Below are positions 1 to 11,260 of a DNA stretch of 64,000 bases, in pieces. The notes under the pieces were generated by a model. It saw only the letters and a list, made by a program, of their open reading frames with translations, made no database searches and had not been told where the DNA came from. A program made the translations under genes and the position numbers. Source of the stretch: Octopus sinensis (Eukaryota); the NCBI RefSeq assembly GCF_006345805.1, contig NC_043003.1:11098001-11162000 (forward strand). Direction: 5' to 3'. Position 1 is the first letter of the stretch, and the number at the start of each line of letters is the position of its first letter.

Positions 1-1600
1 ATTCATAGCTGTTCTCTGTACATCATTCCATGACGCTGCTATGTTCTGTACAACCTTGTAGACATCGTATCCTTTCCAAAAGTCACAAAGTGTGATGGAC
101 TCATTGAGATCAGTTGCAGCTTTATACAGTAACGCTTGAAGATAGCAATTATTCCCTGATCCATTGGCTGCAGAAGAGACGTGGTGTTCGGAGAGGGGTA
201 TACAACGGCAACATTGGGGTCAAAATCTATGATGTTTTGAGGGTGGCCAGGAGCATTATCTAAGATAAGTAAAACCTTAACAGGAATCCCCTTCTCCTTA
301 CAGTACTTCTCTGCTGCTGGGATAAAATCATTGAAGAACCAATCTTCAAAAACAACAACAGTAACCCAGGCTTTTGAATTAGCTATCCATATAACAGCGA
401 GAGATGCCTTGGGTATGATCTTCAGGGCCAAGGTTGTGTGCATGATACACAAGTAATGGCTTTAACGTCAAATATCCTGCGCAATTACCTCCCAACATAA
501 TGGTTACATGTTCTTATGAGACCTTGTAGCCTGGAATAGTTTTCTCCTCTTTGGAAATGAATGAACGGTCTGGCAATTTTTTCCAATACAATCCAGTTTC
601 ATCTATATTAAAAATCTGCTTGGAAAGAAACCCGTTTTCTTCAATGATTTTCTTTAATGCTTTATGAAATTCTGCTGCTGCTTGTTCGTCAGCTGATGCA
701 CTTTCACCTTGCTTCTTAATGGAGTGATAACTTCTTCACTCCGTAAATAGCATGAACCATCCTTGACTTGCCTTGAACTCTACATCTTTCTCATCTGGAT
801 ATTTTCTCTTCAGGTCCTCAAACAAAGACAAAGCTTTCTCTTGAATGATTTCTTGATTAATAGTAGCAAGCTGACAATTCAACAATCCAAAGAGAAAGAA
901 GACTTTGTATTTCTTCAAAGATTTTGCCTCTTTTCTGTTCTTCATCCCTGGGGCTTCAAATTTGACATGTGCTAAAATCTTGTCCTTATTATGTACAATC
1001 ATTGATACAGTTGTCTGACTCATCGCAAAAGATTGTGCAACTGCTACCATTTTTTCACCCTTTTCCTGGCGATTTATCATAGCCAGTTTATCTTCCAGCA
1101 TTATAGCATGACACTTGGTACATTCACTATGAATTTTCTTAGGAGCCATGTGGGCAAAAAATAGAGTCACAAATGAATGAGAATGAGAAAGTAGACGATA
1201 AACAGGTGTAAACAAATCTCATTCAAAACAATTATGGGAATCACAAGTGACGATGCCTAATGGTAGATATTGGAACTACAGTGCAATATGAGCTCTGAAA
1301 GACTGATAAATAAGACAACACAGCTAATTTCATGATTTCGTTCACTCAGCTACTTTATGGTGTGTATCTTAACATTTACTGTACGTATTTTAACATGATT
1401 GTATGTGCTTTTATTCTTATTTATTGTACAGAAACATAATTTTATGTGCTTTTAATGGTTTTCTGGTGATTTTACCATTCCAATATTTGTGGCGGACAGA
1501 TGTAAGGTTGAGTAAAATTACTTAACTTGATTTTTATTTTTCCATATATTATTTTTGAAAACTGATGTATAATTGAGAATGATAAGCTGAGGTATGCCTC
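1..1600 (-). mobile_element. Degraded Tigger/pogo-family DNA transposon (left end outside window)
   Basis: Minus-strand ORF pieces give a CENP-B-type N-terminal HTH (MAPKK...LEDKLAMINRQEKGEKMVAVAQSF, ATG at 1149), a Tc5-type HTH (IIQEKALSLFEDLK...EFKASQGWF) and DDE_1 motifs (LLILDNAPGHP...PNTTSLLQPMDQGII). A Tigger1-like terminus reads GAGGCATACCTC on the minus strand at about 1589-1600, next to TA. Confidence 0.88.
39..1149 (-). pseudogene. Frameshifted/stop-interrupted pogo-Tigger transposase
   Basis: Domains are split between ORFs 736..1215 and 39..452, with stops/frameshifts between them. Confidence 0.85.
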
Positions 1601-1884
1601 TATATACATAGAGGGTATATCAGCCAAAACGTTGTGTTAACAACAAACAAGATGAGGACAAATATCCATCAAATGTAAATAATGTAAATAATGTGCATAA
1701 TTCCTCGTCTCTTAAATATAGAACTGTATTGTGTTGTATTTGATGATTACAGATTTTTGCAATGAAGGAATGTTCTTATTCTTCTATCAAAGTATGTATA
1801 TACATAAGTAAGTACATGTTAAGAAGTTCAATGGTAAAATAAATGTTACACATCATATACTTCCTCTCTTTATAATTTATATAC

Positions 1885-2045
1885 AGGCAGGTGTGGCTGT
1901 GTGGTATGTAGCTTGCTTACCAACCACATGGTTCTGGGTTCAGCCCCACTGCGTGACACCTTGGGCATGTGTCTTCTGCTATAGCCTTGGGCCTACCAAA
2001 GCCTTGTGAGTGGATTTGGTAGACAGAAACTGAAAGAAGCTTGCC

Positions 2046-2091
<46 letters not shown>

Positions 2092-2432
2092 GTGTGTGTA
2101 TATATATATACAACGAAGGCTTTGAATGACCCGTCTGTCTCTTATGTTCGTCCCTTCGTGTATTTCACGTTATTTATATATGTAAAGGTTTATTATATAA
2201 TATATACGCACATATATATGTATTTGTGTGTCTGTGTTTGTCCCCCAACCATTACCTGGCAACCGATGTTGGTATGTTTACATCTCCGTAACTTAGCAGA
2301 TCGTCAAAAAGACACCAAGAGAATAAGTACTAGGCTTACAAAGAATTAGTCCTGGAGTCGATTTGTTCAAGTAAAAGGTGGTGCTCCAGCATGGCCACAG
2401 TCAAATGACTGAAACAAGTAAAAGAATAAAAG
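1885..2432 (+). mobile_element. tRNA-derived SINE family A (head + internal (TA)n + body)
   Basis: Head GGTGTGGCTGTGTGG...GGTTCAGCCCCACTG with A/B-box-like motifs, internal (TA)n, and 3' end CTCCAGCATGGCCACAGTCAAATGACTGAAACAAGTAAAAGAATAAAAG; more than 15 full or partial copies in the window. tRNA-derived SINE families are described in octopus (OK/OR types); exact assignment needs a library search. Confidence 0.9.
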
Positions 2433-2489
2433 AATACTGCTACAATTCACCACATATTCCAACCATTCTTTTAAATATGATTACTCTCT

Positions 2490-2897
2490 CTTTTTACTCT
2501 TTTACTTGTTTCAGTCATTTGACTGCGGCCATGCTGGAGCACCTCGAGCAAATCGACCCCAGGACTTATTCTTTGTAAGCCCAGTACTTATTCTATCGGT
2601 CTCTTTTGCCAAACCGCTAAGTGACGGGGACGTAAACACACCAGCATCAGTTGTCAAGCAATGCTAGGGGGACAAACACAGACACACAAACACACACACA
2701 TACACATACATAGATATATATATACATATATACGACGGGCTTCTTTCAGTTTCCGTCTACCAAATCCACTCACAAGGCATTGGTCGGCCCGAGACTATAG
2801 CAGAAGACACTTGCCCAAGATGCCACGCAGTGGAACTGAACCCGGAACCATGTGGTTGGTAGGCAAGCTACTTACCACACAGCCACTCCTGCGCCTA
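2490..2897 (-). mobile_element. SINE family A
   Basis: Reverse complement of the 1885-2432 element. Confidence 0.9.
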
Positions 2898-3074
2898 TGA
2901 TTCCTGATAATATTTGATTGTGAAAAATATGATAGGGTTTTTTAAACATCAAATGATTAGGTGGGGGGGGGGCATCTGAGTAAAATAAGAATCAAAGGGG
3001 CTCCATAGGTAAAAGAAAGAAAAGGGGCTCCATAGGTAAAAAAAAGAAAAGGGGCTGAGAAACACTGGTCTGAA

Positions 3075-4050
3075 GCAATCATCATCATCATCATCATCAT
3101 CATACTTTATGACAACTGACATCATCACTCTCACCATTACTACCACCTTCCCCACCACCACCATCACTACCATCATCACTACCACCACCATCACTAGCAT
3201 CTTACCCACCACCACCATCACTACCACCTTCACCACCACCACTACCACCACCATCACTACCACCTACACCACCATCACTACCATCTTCACCACCACCACC
3301 ACCACTACCACCACCACCATCACTAGCATCTTCACCACCATCACTACCACGTACACCACTACCACGTACACCACTACCACCACCACCACTACCACCTACA
3401 CCACCACTACCACCACCATTATCACTACCAATTCACCACTATCACCACCATCACTACTGCCATCACCACCACTACCACGACCTTTGTCATCATCATCATC
3501 AGCATCATCGTTATCTTTGTTATTTACTATTTTGATGGAGCGTTGTGGGTGTGGGGAGGGGTACATTGGCTTTGATTTATTAATTTGTTTATTCGTTTAT
3601 ACATTTATTGACTGGTTCCTTCATTCATCAAATCTGTGTTGCCTCCACCCCACCACCACTAACCACCACCACCACTCCCCCACCACTGGCTACACTGCCA
3701 CCACCACCACTCTTCAGCCACTGCCACTACCACTGCGATCCCATCAGCCACCACCACTGCCGCCAACACCGCCACCACTCTTCAGCCACTGCCACCACCA
3801 CCACCACCGTCACCACCACCACCACTGCTGCCACCACCATCACCACTGCTGCTGCTACCACTGCAACCACCACATCCACCAGCAGCACCACCACCAACAA
3901 CAACAACAACAACACTGCTGCCACCACCTCCACCTCCACAGTCCTAAGCACATCTTAACCTTTCGCCAATGCCAGCTCCACTCCCCCCCCACTATATTAC
4001 CGACACTACTGCCACCACCACCATCACCACCTTCATCCTCACCCCTTTTC
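3075..4050. repeat. Degenerate (CAT)n/(CAC)n/(ACT)n trinucleotide low-complexity tract
   Basis: Visible triplet runs; source of the poly-Thr/Pro/His ORFs. Confidence 0.9.
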
Positions 4051-4080
4051 TCACAACCATTCTTACCATCCATCACCTGC

Positions 4081-4323
4081 TTAACCATTTCGATCCCAGC
4101 CTGCCTGAAATCCCCTACCCCCATCCCCCACCGGGCAGTATCAAAACTTTCAGCTGGGAAGCAATCTAAATTAAAAGCTTCCATCAAAATTTCCTTTTAA
4201 TTTAAATTCCAAACACAAGATTAATAACGACAATGTTATTTTATGAATTTCTTCATTATTTTGAAGAATTATTTTGAAACAAAGGCAATATATTTCAACA
4301 GAAATATGGTAACGAGGGGGTTA
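4081..4323. mobile_element. piggyBac-type MITE
   Basis: TTAA-CCATTTCGAT...GGTAACGAGGGGG-TTAA termini; diverged relative of the MITEs at 21485-22206. Confidence 0.65.
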
Positions 4324-4374
4324 AGCCCTTCTTTCATCATCTTGCTTCAAGGGCAACACAGCTCTCATGAGCAT

Positions 4375-4610
4375 CGTCACCATCATCATCATTTAACGTC
4401 CGTTTTTCCTTGCTGGCATGGGTCGGATGGTTTGACAGGAGCTGGCAAGCCAGAGAGCTGCACCAGGCTCAGATTGTCTGTTTTGGCATGGTTTCATACG
4501 GCTTGATGCCCTTCCTAATGCCGACCACTTTACAGAGTGCACCGGGTGCTTTTCACTTGGCACCAACACCAGTGGTTATTATGTGACACCAGTACGGGTG
4601 CTTTTCACAT
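4375..4610 (-). mobile_element. RTE-type LINE 3' tail fragment
   Basis: (CAT)n-TTTAACGTCCGTTTTTCC...GCATGGGT, the reverse complement of the tail at 7900-8070. Confidence 0.75.
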
Positions 4611-4652
4611 GACCTTTCACCAATGTCACCTCCACCCCACCCACTATTACCG

Positions 4653-5120
4653 ACATTTCTAGGATGTAATTCCTCCCCTCCTCGGAACTTTCCAGAAAGT
4701 AATTCCTCCCCATCCACGGAACTTTCCAGGAAGTAATTCCTGGCCCTCCTCAGAAATTTCCAGGATGTAATTCCTGCTCCTTGAAACTTTTCAGGAAGAA
4801 ATTCCTACCCTTCCACCCCTCCTCGGAAATCTCCATGAAGTAATTCCTCCACCTCCTTGGAAATGTCCAGGAAGTATTCCCTCCCTCTCCTCAGAACTTT
4901 CTAGAAAGTAATTCCTCTCCATGCTCGGAAAATTCCAGGATGTAATTCCTCCCTTGCTCGGAACATTTCAGGAAGTAATCCATCCCCTCCTTGGAACTTT
5001 CCAGGAAGCAATTCCTCCCTTCTTCCCCCTCTCAAAACTTTCCAGGAAGTAATTCCTCTCCTCGGTAATTTCCAGGAAGTAATTCCTTCCCCTCCTCGGA
5101 ACTTTCCAAGAAGTAATTCT
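4653..5120. repeat. Minisatellite, about 14 units of 30-43 bp, core GGAACTTTCCAGGAAGTAATTCC
   Basis: Units read directly from the sequence. Confidence 0.9.
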
Positions 5121-5645
5121 GCCCCTTCCTCCCCCTCTGCCACACCTACTCTCTGTCGCACCACATTCTGCTGGCCAGGGCCATCAACTCTTGCCCTTCT
5201 GTTGTTTCGCGGCAACTTCAAAGTACCCGGATCAGAGTCATCCGAATCACAATTTGGCAAAAACTCAGAGTCAGAATCACCATCAGATGAGTCAAAATCA
5301 TCAGAAAAGTCTGAACCTGAATCAACAGTACCTCTCGATTCAGCAGCAGCAGCAGCTGAGGATGTGGGTGTGGTCTGACGTGAAGCAGCTCATATACTCG
5401 GACGCGACCGCAAATTTGCTGAAGGAGTATCATTGACCTCCGCAGCAGCTGCACCGTTGACTTATATTGAGCCAAGTTGCTAGAAATAGATGAATCCCCA
5501 GCCTGCCCCTTGTCGTTTTAGAAGAGGACACATTGGATAATTTAGTGCTGCGTTCCTCCTCCACATAGGAAAGCCAGGACAGTCATGGCTGCAATGCTTC
5601 TGATTTGATCAAGCATCTCCTCTCTTAGGGCTGACCAAGGGCTAA
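5120..5645 (-). mobile_element. Possible piggyBac-like transposon remnant with acidic N-terminal coding piece
   Basis: Minus frame reads DSGSDFSDDFDSSDGDSDSEFLPNCDSDDSD, an acidic tract typical of piggyBac transposase N-termini but not diagnostic. An AAGGGCTAA end-like motif lies at about 5637-5645. There is an upstream in-frame TGA. Confidence 0.3.
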
Positions 5646-5647
5646 AG

Positions 5648-5682
<35 letters not shown>

Positions 5683-5734
5683 CACATATGCACTGTAACA
5701 AATTTCACAACTGCAACCCTATATCTGCCACTAC

Positions 5735-6730
5735 CTAGTAGTAGTAGAAGTTGTTGTGGTAGTGGTGGTGGTAATAGTAGCAGTAGTAGTAGTAGCCGTA
5801 GGGCTTGTGGTGGTGGTGTTGTTGTTTGTGGGTGTGGTAGTGGTAGTGAAAGCGGTGGCAGTGGTAGTAGTAGCTGAAGGACTTGTGGTGGTGGTGATGG
5901 TGTTGGTGGTGGTAGAAGTAGTAGTAGCCATAGGGCTTGTGGTGGTGTTGTTGTTGGTGGTGGTGTTGGTGTTGGTGGTGGTAGTGGTAGTAGTAGCTGA
6001 AGGACTTGTGGTGATGGTGGTGTTGGTGGTAGTAGTATTAGGGCTCGTGGTGGTGGTGACAGTAGTAGTAGTAGTACCATCACTAGCAATACCACTGCTA
6101 CAATTAATACTGTCATCATTACCACCACCACCACCACCACCACCACCACCACCACCAACATCATCACTTCCACAACCACTCATACAACCACCACCAATAC
6201 AATCACTGCAAATGACACCACAACCAGCGCCACCATCACTACTACTGCAAACACCACCACCAACGACAACATCAACGGTAACAGCAATAAGCCCATAACT
6301 ACCACCATCACCACCACCACTGTCACCGCCGCCATCACAACCACGACCATCAACAAAAACCCCATCACCACCATAGCCACCATCCCCACAACCACCACCA
6401 CCACCAAAAACAACAACAACAACAGCAACAGTAGTAACAACCTCATCACTACCATCTCCACCACAGCCACCCCCCACAACCACCACCACCACCAACAACA
6501 GTAAAAATAGCAACAACCCCATCACTACCATCTCCATCACAGCTACCCCCCACAACCACCACCACCACCACCAACAACAACAACAGTAAAAATAGTAACA
6601 ACCCCATCACTACCATCTCCACCACCACCACAAGCAACAACAACGGTAAAAATAGTAACAACTCCATCACTATATCCCCCACCCCCAACCACCACCACCA
6701 CCACCACCACCACCACCATCATCATCACCA
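5735..6730. repeat. Compound GTG/GTA-rich then CAC/CAA-rich triplet minisatellites
   Basis: G-rich units (about 50 bp) at 5740-6075 are followed by C-rich units (about 65-70 bp) to 6730. Confidence 0.85.
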
Positions 6731-7136
6731 AGTGTTCTCATGAAACATTGCTATCATCCCCCATCGGAACCGAGGGAGATTCATCACCAATGAGTAATAT
6801 TTATGAATATTCGATAGATCAGCCTGCAAACAATATCAACAACGCTGCATAACTGGAGCTGGTAATAATGATACTTGTGGATGAGATGGCATTTGACAAA
6901 TTATTTATTCCTGTTCTCATGCAGTTCTGAAGACATTAAACAACTCCACTAAACGGGCAACAAGAAAAATAAGTAGAAAATACATGAAGATTACAAAGAA
7001 ATTATGAGAAAAATCTTGTTATGTTTTGAGCATTAATTTACATGTTTAAGATGTATGTGAGCATGTCTCTCTCTCTCTCTCTCTCTCCCTCCCTCTATCT
7101 CTAGCTCTCTCTCTCTCTCTCTCTCGATATATATAT

Positions 7137-7186
<50 letters not shown>

Positions 7187-7187
7187 C

Positions 7188-8072
7188 GAAAGTGCCACAC
7201 CCTGGCAGTTGAGGGGACCTGTGGAAGAGGTAGACCCAGGAAAACCTGGGTCGAGGTGGTGAAGCACGACCTTCGAACTTTAGGTCTTACCAAGGAATGA
7301 CCAGAGACCGAGACCCTTGGAAGTATGCTGTGCGTGAGAAAACCCGGCAAGACCAGTGAGAACAGTCAAAATCAAAATCAAACCAAATCAATTCATATAT
7401 CAGAAAGCAGAACCAAATTGAGGTCGATCAACATCAGTGGGAATTGCAGCTGTGGTTAAGCGAACCATCCGATCGTGGTCGTTGCCAGCGCCGCCCCGTC
7501 TAGCCTCCGTGTCGGTGGCATGTAAAAGCACCATCCGTTCGTGTCCGTTGCCAGCCTCGCCTGGCCCCCGTGCAGGTGACACGTAAAAGCACCATCCGTT
7601 CGTGGCCATTTGCCAGCTCTGTCTGGCCCCAGTGTCGGTGGCACGTAAAAGCACCATCCGTTCGTGTCCATTTGCCAGCTCTGTCTGGCCCCCGTGTTGG
7701 TGGCACATAAAAGCACCATCCGTTCGTGTCCGTTGCCAGCCTCGCCTGGCCCCCGTGCCGGTGACACATAAAAGCACCATCCGTTTCGTGGTCGTTGCCA
7801 GCTCTGTCTGGCCCCCGTGCCGGTGACACGTAAAAGCACCATCCGTTCATGGCCGTTTGCCAGCTCTGTCTGGCACCTGTACGGGTGGCATGTAAAAAGC
7901 ACCCACTACACTCACGGAGTGGTTGGCATTAGGAAGGGCATGCAGCCGTAGAAACACTGCCAGATCTGACTGGGCCTGATGAAGCCTTCCAGCTTCACAG
8001 ACCCCAGTTGAACTGTCCAACCCATGCTAGCATGGAAAACGGACGCTAAATGATGATGATGATGATGATGAT
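7188..8072 (+). mobile_element. 5'-truncated RTE-type LINE: ORF end, 3' UTR with 61-62 bp tandem array, (ATG)n tail
   Basis: Translates KCHTLAVEGTCGRGRPRKTWVEVVKHDLRTLGLT...WKYAVREKTRQ; RGRPRKTW is the RTE C-terminal motif. The tail reads GGACGCTAAATGATGATG. Confidence 0.88.
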
Positions 8073-8074
8073 AT

Positions 8075-8372
8075 ATCTCACCGTGACCGACCAGGCTATT
8101 AGATGTTGCTACACATCGCTGGTCACAATGCACTTTGCATTGTTTTAGCCTTCAAATGACGCCACCCCACTGGCTAAGCCAACAGAAGAAAGAGTGAGAG
8201 AAAGTTGTGGTGAAAGAGTACAGCAGGGATCACCACCACCCACTGCTGGAGCCTCGTGGAGCTTTAGGCATTTTCGCTCAATAAACACTCACAACGCCCA
8301 GTCTGGGAATCAAAACTGCGACCCTATGACCACGAGGCCGCTGCCCTAACCACTGGGCCATTGCGCCTCCAC
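8075..8372 (-). mobile_element. tRNA-derived SINE family C
   Basis: Minus-strand head GTGGAGGCGCAATGGCCCAGTGGTTAGGGCAGCGG...GATTCCCAG with A/B-box-like motifs. Confidence 0.75.
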
Positions 8373-8610
8373 TATATATATATGTCTCTATTTGTGTATT
8401 AAGGCGACTGTTGGTTTCATGTTAAGAAAAATATCTTGATGTCTTAATTGTTCAAGCCAATCAAAATGGAGATAAACTCCATTCCTCTATGTGATTGGCT
8501 TGGGAAAATGTTTAAGATATTATGATTTTTTCTTGGGAAAAGGATGAACTGTTTTAATTCATAAATTTGTTTTGCAAAATTCTTGATGTGAAATCACATG
8601 CTGAAACATA

Positions 8611-9184
8611 CACAGATATGCAGGAAGTAAATAGACACCTTTAATTTTCAAAATCTTTTGATATTAATTGGTTGAAGGAGAGGTTTTCTTCTAGCTGTTC
8701 GTCCATAATACCCAAGCTTATGCAGATATGTAACACACGTTCTTGGACTAACTTGTAGCTGTTTTGCAATGTCAGAAGACTTTGAATGGGGTTCGTTTTC
8801 CACAATTCTCTTCAAACAGTGAAGCTTCCTTTCAAAGGGTCCTGGTCAGCCAGGATGAGAATCTGTTGATTCTTTTCCTTGGCTTTTGAATTGCACTATA
8901 ATTCTATTAACAGTAGCAAGAGGAATTTGAAGATTTCTGGCAATTTTTTGCTGGCTAAAACCAGCCTTAGATTGCCCAACAATACGACCTCTTTGAAAAT
9001 CTGACAGTTCTGCTGAACTTTCTGTGCATGGTATGGTTACTCTTCGTAAATGTTTAATATAATGGCATCTGGAATGAAAAAGAATAATTAGATTGTAAAT
9101 TCTACACCGCTGAAAACATATTAAGACACTTAGATCAGACATTTTGAAAATTAAAGGTGTCTATTTACTTCCTGCATGTCTGTG
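8611..9184 (-). mobile_element. Internally deleted Tc1-type transposon with 44-bp TIRs and TA target duplication
   Basis: TIRs at 8611-8654 and 9141-9184 differ at 1 position, with TA on both sides. Coding remnant [13 protein letters not shown]...[20 protein letters not shown]...ARRKPLL is the paired-HTH region; no DDE domain. Confidence 0.92.
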
Positions 9185-9419
9185 TATATTGATATATTTT
9201 GGGTGGGTCATTTTCTTTTTGCCAAATAAACACATGCACTGTAAATTCGTTCTTCACTTCAGCTTTATTATTGTTCTTATTTTTGTGTCCCTTGTCTTAA
9301 GTCTTTTGTCACACCTCCTGTGACCTCTTCAGTGACTCTCCATTCTATGTGTTTCCTCCTGCCCTGTTTTGGTCCATTCTGTCTTTCTAGTAAGCGAGTA
9401 TGGAAAAGTGGACGTTAAA

Positions 9420-9790
9420 TGATGACAACAACAATGATGATGATGCTGATGCTGATGATGATGATGACGATGAAATCAATAATGATGATAATGACGATGG
9501 CAACAATGATAATGGTGATAATGATGATGATAACGATGAGGATGATGGTGATGATGATGGGATTATGACAATGATGATGATGATGATGGCAATGATGATG
9601 ATGACAACAATGATGATGATGATGATGATGGTGGTGGTGATGACGATGATGATGATAAAGATGACAATGATGATGACAACGATGATTATGAAGATGATAC
9701 TGCTGCTGATGACAACGATGACAATGATGATGATGATGATGACAATGACAGTGATGACAGGATAGGTGATGATGACAACGATGAGGATGC
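9420..9790. repeat. Degenerate (ATG)n microsatellite
   Basis: Direct reading. Confidence 0.92.
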
Positions 9791-10487
9791 TGACAACATT
9801 AAACACGTCCTTTCTTTATTAAGACAAGCGAATGTTCTTTTGAGAGAATTTCGCTACTATTTCCAAACACTCGAAAGACAACCTAGAAGAAGCTCTCTCT
9901 CTCTCTCATTGGCTCATTAAAATTATTTGTGGTTGAAACTGGTTTATAAGATTTCCTCGGTCCATTATATCAATGATAAAGTCACATGATCTTATCATAA
10001 TGTTGTCTGGCTATAGAATGATAGATATTGCATTGTGCTATTTTTATATATTGTCTCTCTCTCTCTCTGATCTTCGTTGCCATAGTCTGCAGTAAGGAAT
10101 GCGGTAATCATTTGGAGATTGACATTAATGGAAAAGTCAATACATTCTCTGCAAAGTTTTGGTGTGTTCAGAGATGAGGTGTGTTCACATATTACTAAAC
10201 TGGCTTCATGGCAAAGCATTGTATTTCTGTGTTGTTCTTATTGCTCTTGTTGTTGTTGCTGTTGTTCTTTAGCCTTAGTGTAGTAGGCTGGTAAAATTGT
10301 TAAAGCATTGGATAAAATACCATGAGTTTTTTTTAAACTTCTTCTTCTGGCACTTTGCATTCTGGTTTCAAATCCTGTCAAAGTCAGTTTTGCCTTTCAT
10401 CCTTTCAGGGTTGATAAGCACATAAACGTGAGACAAGGTGGGAAAAAATAGTACTCAAATACCGGAGGTAGAGTAATATGCTTTATT

Positions 10488-10528
10488 ATTGTCTGACGAA
10501 CAGGAACATGAAACTCTGAGCAACAGTT
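10488..10528 (+). ncRNA. Decayed minimal hammerhead-like motif
   Basis: TGT-CTGACGA-ACAGGAACAT-GAAA-CTCTGAG-CA-ACA. Stem II is broken and the cleavage triplet is GCA. Confidence 0.35.
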
Positions 10529-10589
10529 CTTTTGTGATATTTTGTAATGTTTTTATGGCTTCAACAAGTTTATATATATATATATAAGT

Positions 10590-10985
10590 AAATAAATGGT
10601 ACAACGAAGTACCGATATTTACTGGAAAATAGCGATCGTAATAAATACGACGCTATTGTATAGCTTCACTGCGTATATACTAGCAAAGACGTGTGTGTGC
10701 AACAAACATGAAAAAAATTTGTCTTACCTCTAGGAAGAACATCTGATAAATGGAAAACCTAGAAACGGATAATGCAGGACCGGTTTCAGACTCTTCAAAT
10801 ACGTTTGACAACGTAGATTTGATTTGTCCTCATCAGCTGCATATACCGAGACAAAATTTCAAATGTTGCCACATCTATGCCAGTACACTCGTCTGAACGC
10901 CAAAATGTTAACAGAACGAGAATAGTGAAGAAGTTTCAATGAAAATAGTAATGCAATACGAAAGTATTGCTTTCCTGTAAAAGAT
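10590..10985 (-). mobile_element. HHR-bearing PLE-type pseudo-LTR fragment, homologous to 58430-58840
   Basis: Alignable by eye to the 58 kb element over about 390 bp (e.g. TTCAGACGAGT(G/A)TACTGGCAT, TTTCCAGTAAA, GTTGTACCA); ends beside (TA)n. Confidence 0.65.
10772..10842 (-). ncRNA. Type I hammerhead ribozyme, intact core
   Basis: Minus strand: stem I ATGCAG/CTGCAT, core CTGATGA, stem II GGAC/GTCT extended by TCAAA/TTTGA and TACGTT/AACGTA, GAAA, palindromic stem III ACCGGT, GTC cleavage triplet. Confidence 0.8.
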
Positions 10986-11029
10986 AGCCCGTAAGGGTAA
11001 AATTATACATATATATGTATGAATGTATG

Positions 11030-11260
11030 TATGTATGAATGGATCACAGGTCCTTTCCAAGCCATAAGCTCATAAGGTTGACATCCTTATATTCCCCCAT
11101 CTTCCTAGGATGCAAGTCCATTGCAAGATTACTCATTTTCCACCTAACTAATTAGACTGGAACAACTTGAAATGAACACAACGCATTCTTAGTCCAGGAA
11201 TCGAAACCGCGATCTTATGATCATAAGTCCAACACCCTTAACCACTAAACTACATGCCTT
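11030..11260 (-). mobile_element. tRNA-derived SINE fragment (head related to 22890-23200)
   Basis: CCAGGAATCGAAACCGCGATCTTATGATC...CCTAACCACTAAACTACATGCC is a reverse tRNA-like head. Confidence 0.6.

Noticed and set aside
1885-1960. tRNA genes
   Set aside because: A/B-box-like motifs are SINE heads that run straight into SINE bodies; no full cloverleaf was found in any copy.
3109-4200. 363-aa Thr/Pro/His-rich ORF and overlapping ORFs
   Set aside because: Product of triplet low-complexity sequence, open in several frames and on both strands.
6730-7020. Coding exon in non-repetitive sequence
   Set aside because: Stops in all frames within about 40 codons and no clear splice pair.
7465-7900. 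CRISPR-like regularly spaced repeats
   Set aside because: Whole units repeat with no unique spacers, the array lies in a LINE 3' UTR, there are no cas genes and the context is eukaryotic.
9387-9806. Poly-Asp/Met or poly-Ile ORFs
   Set aside because: (ATG)n microsatellite.
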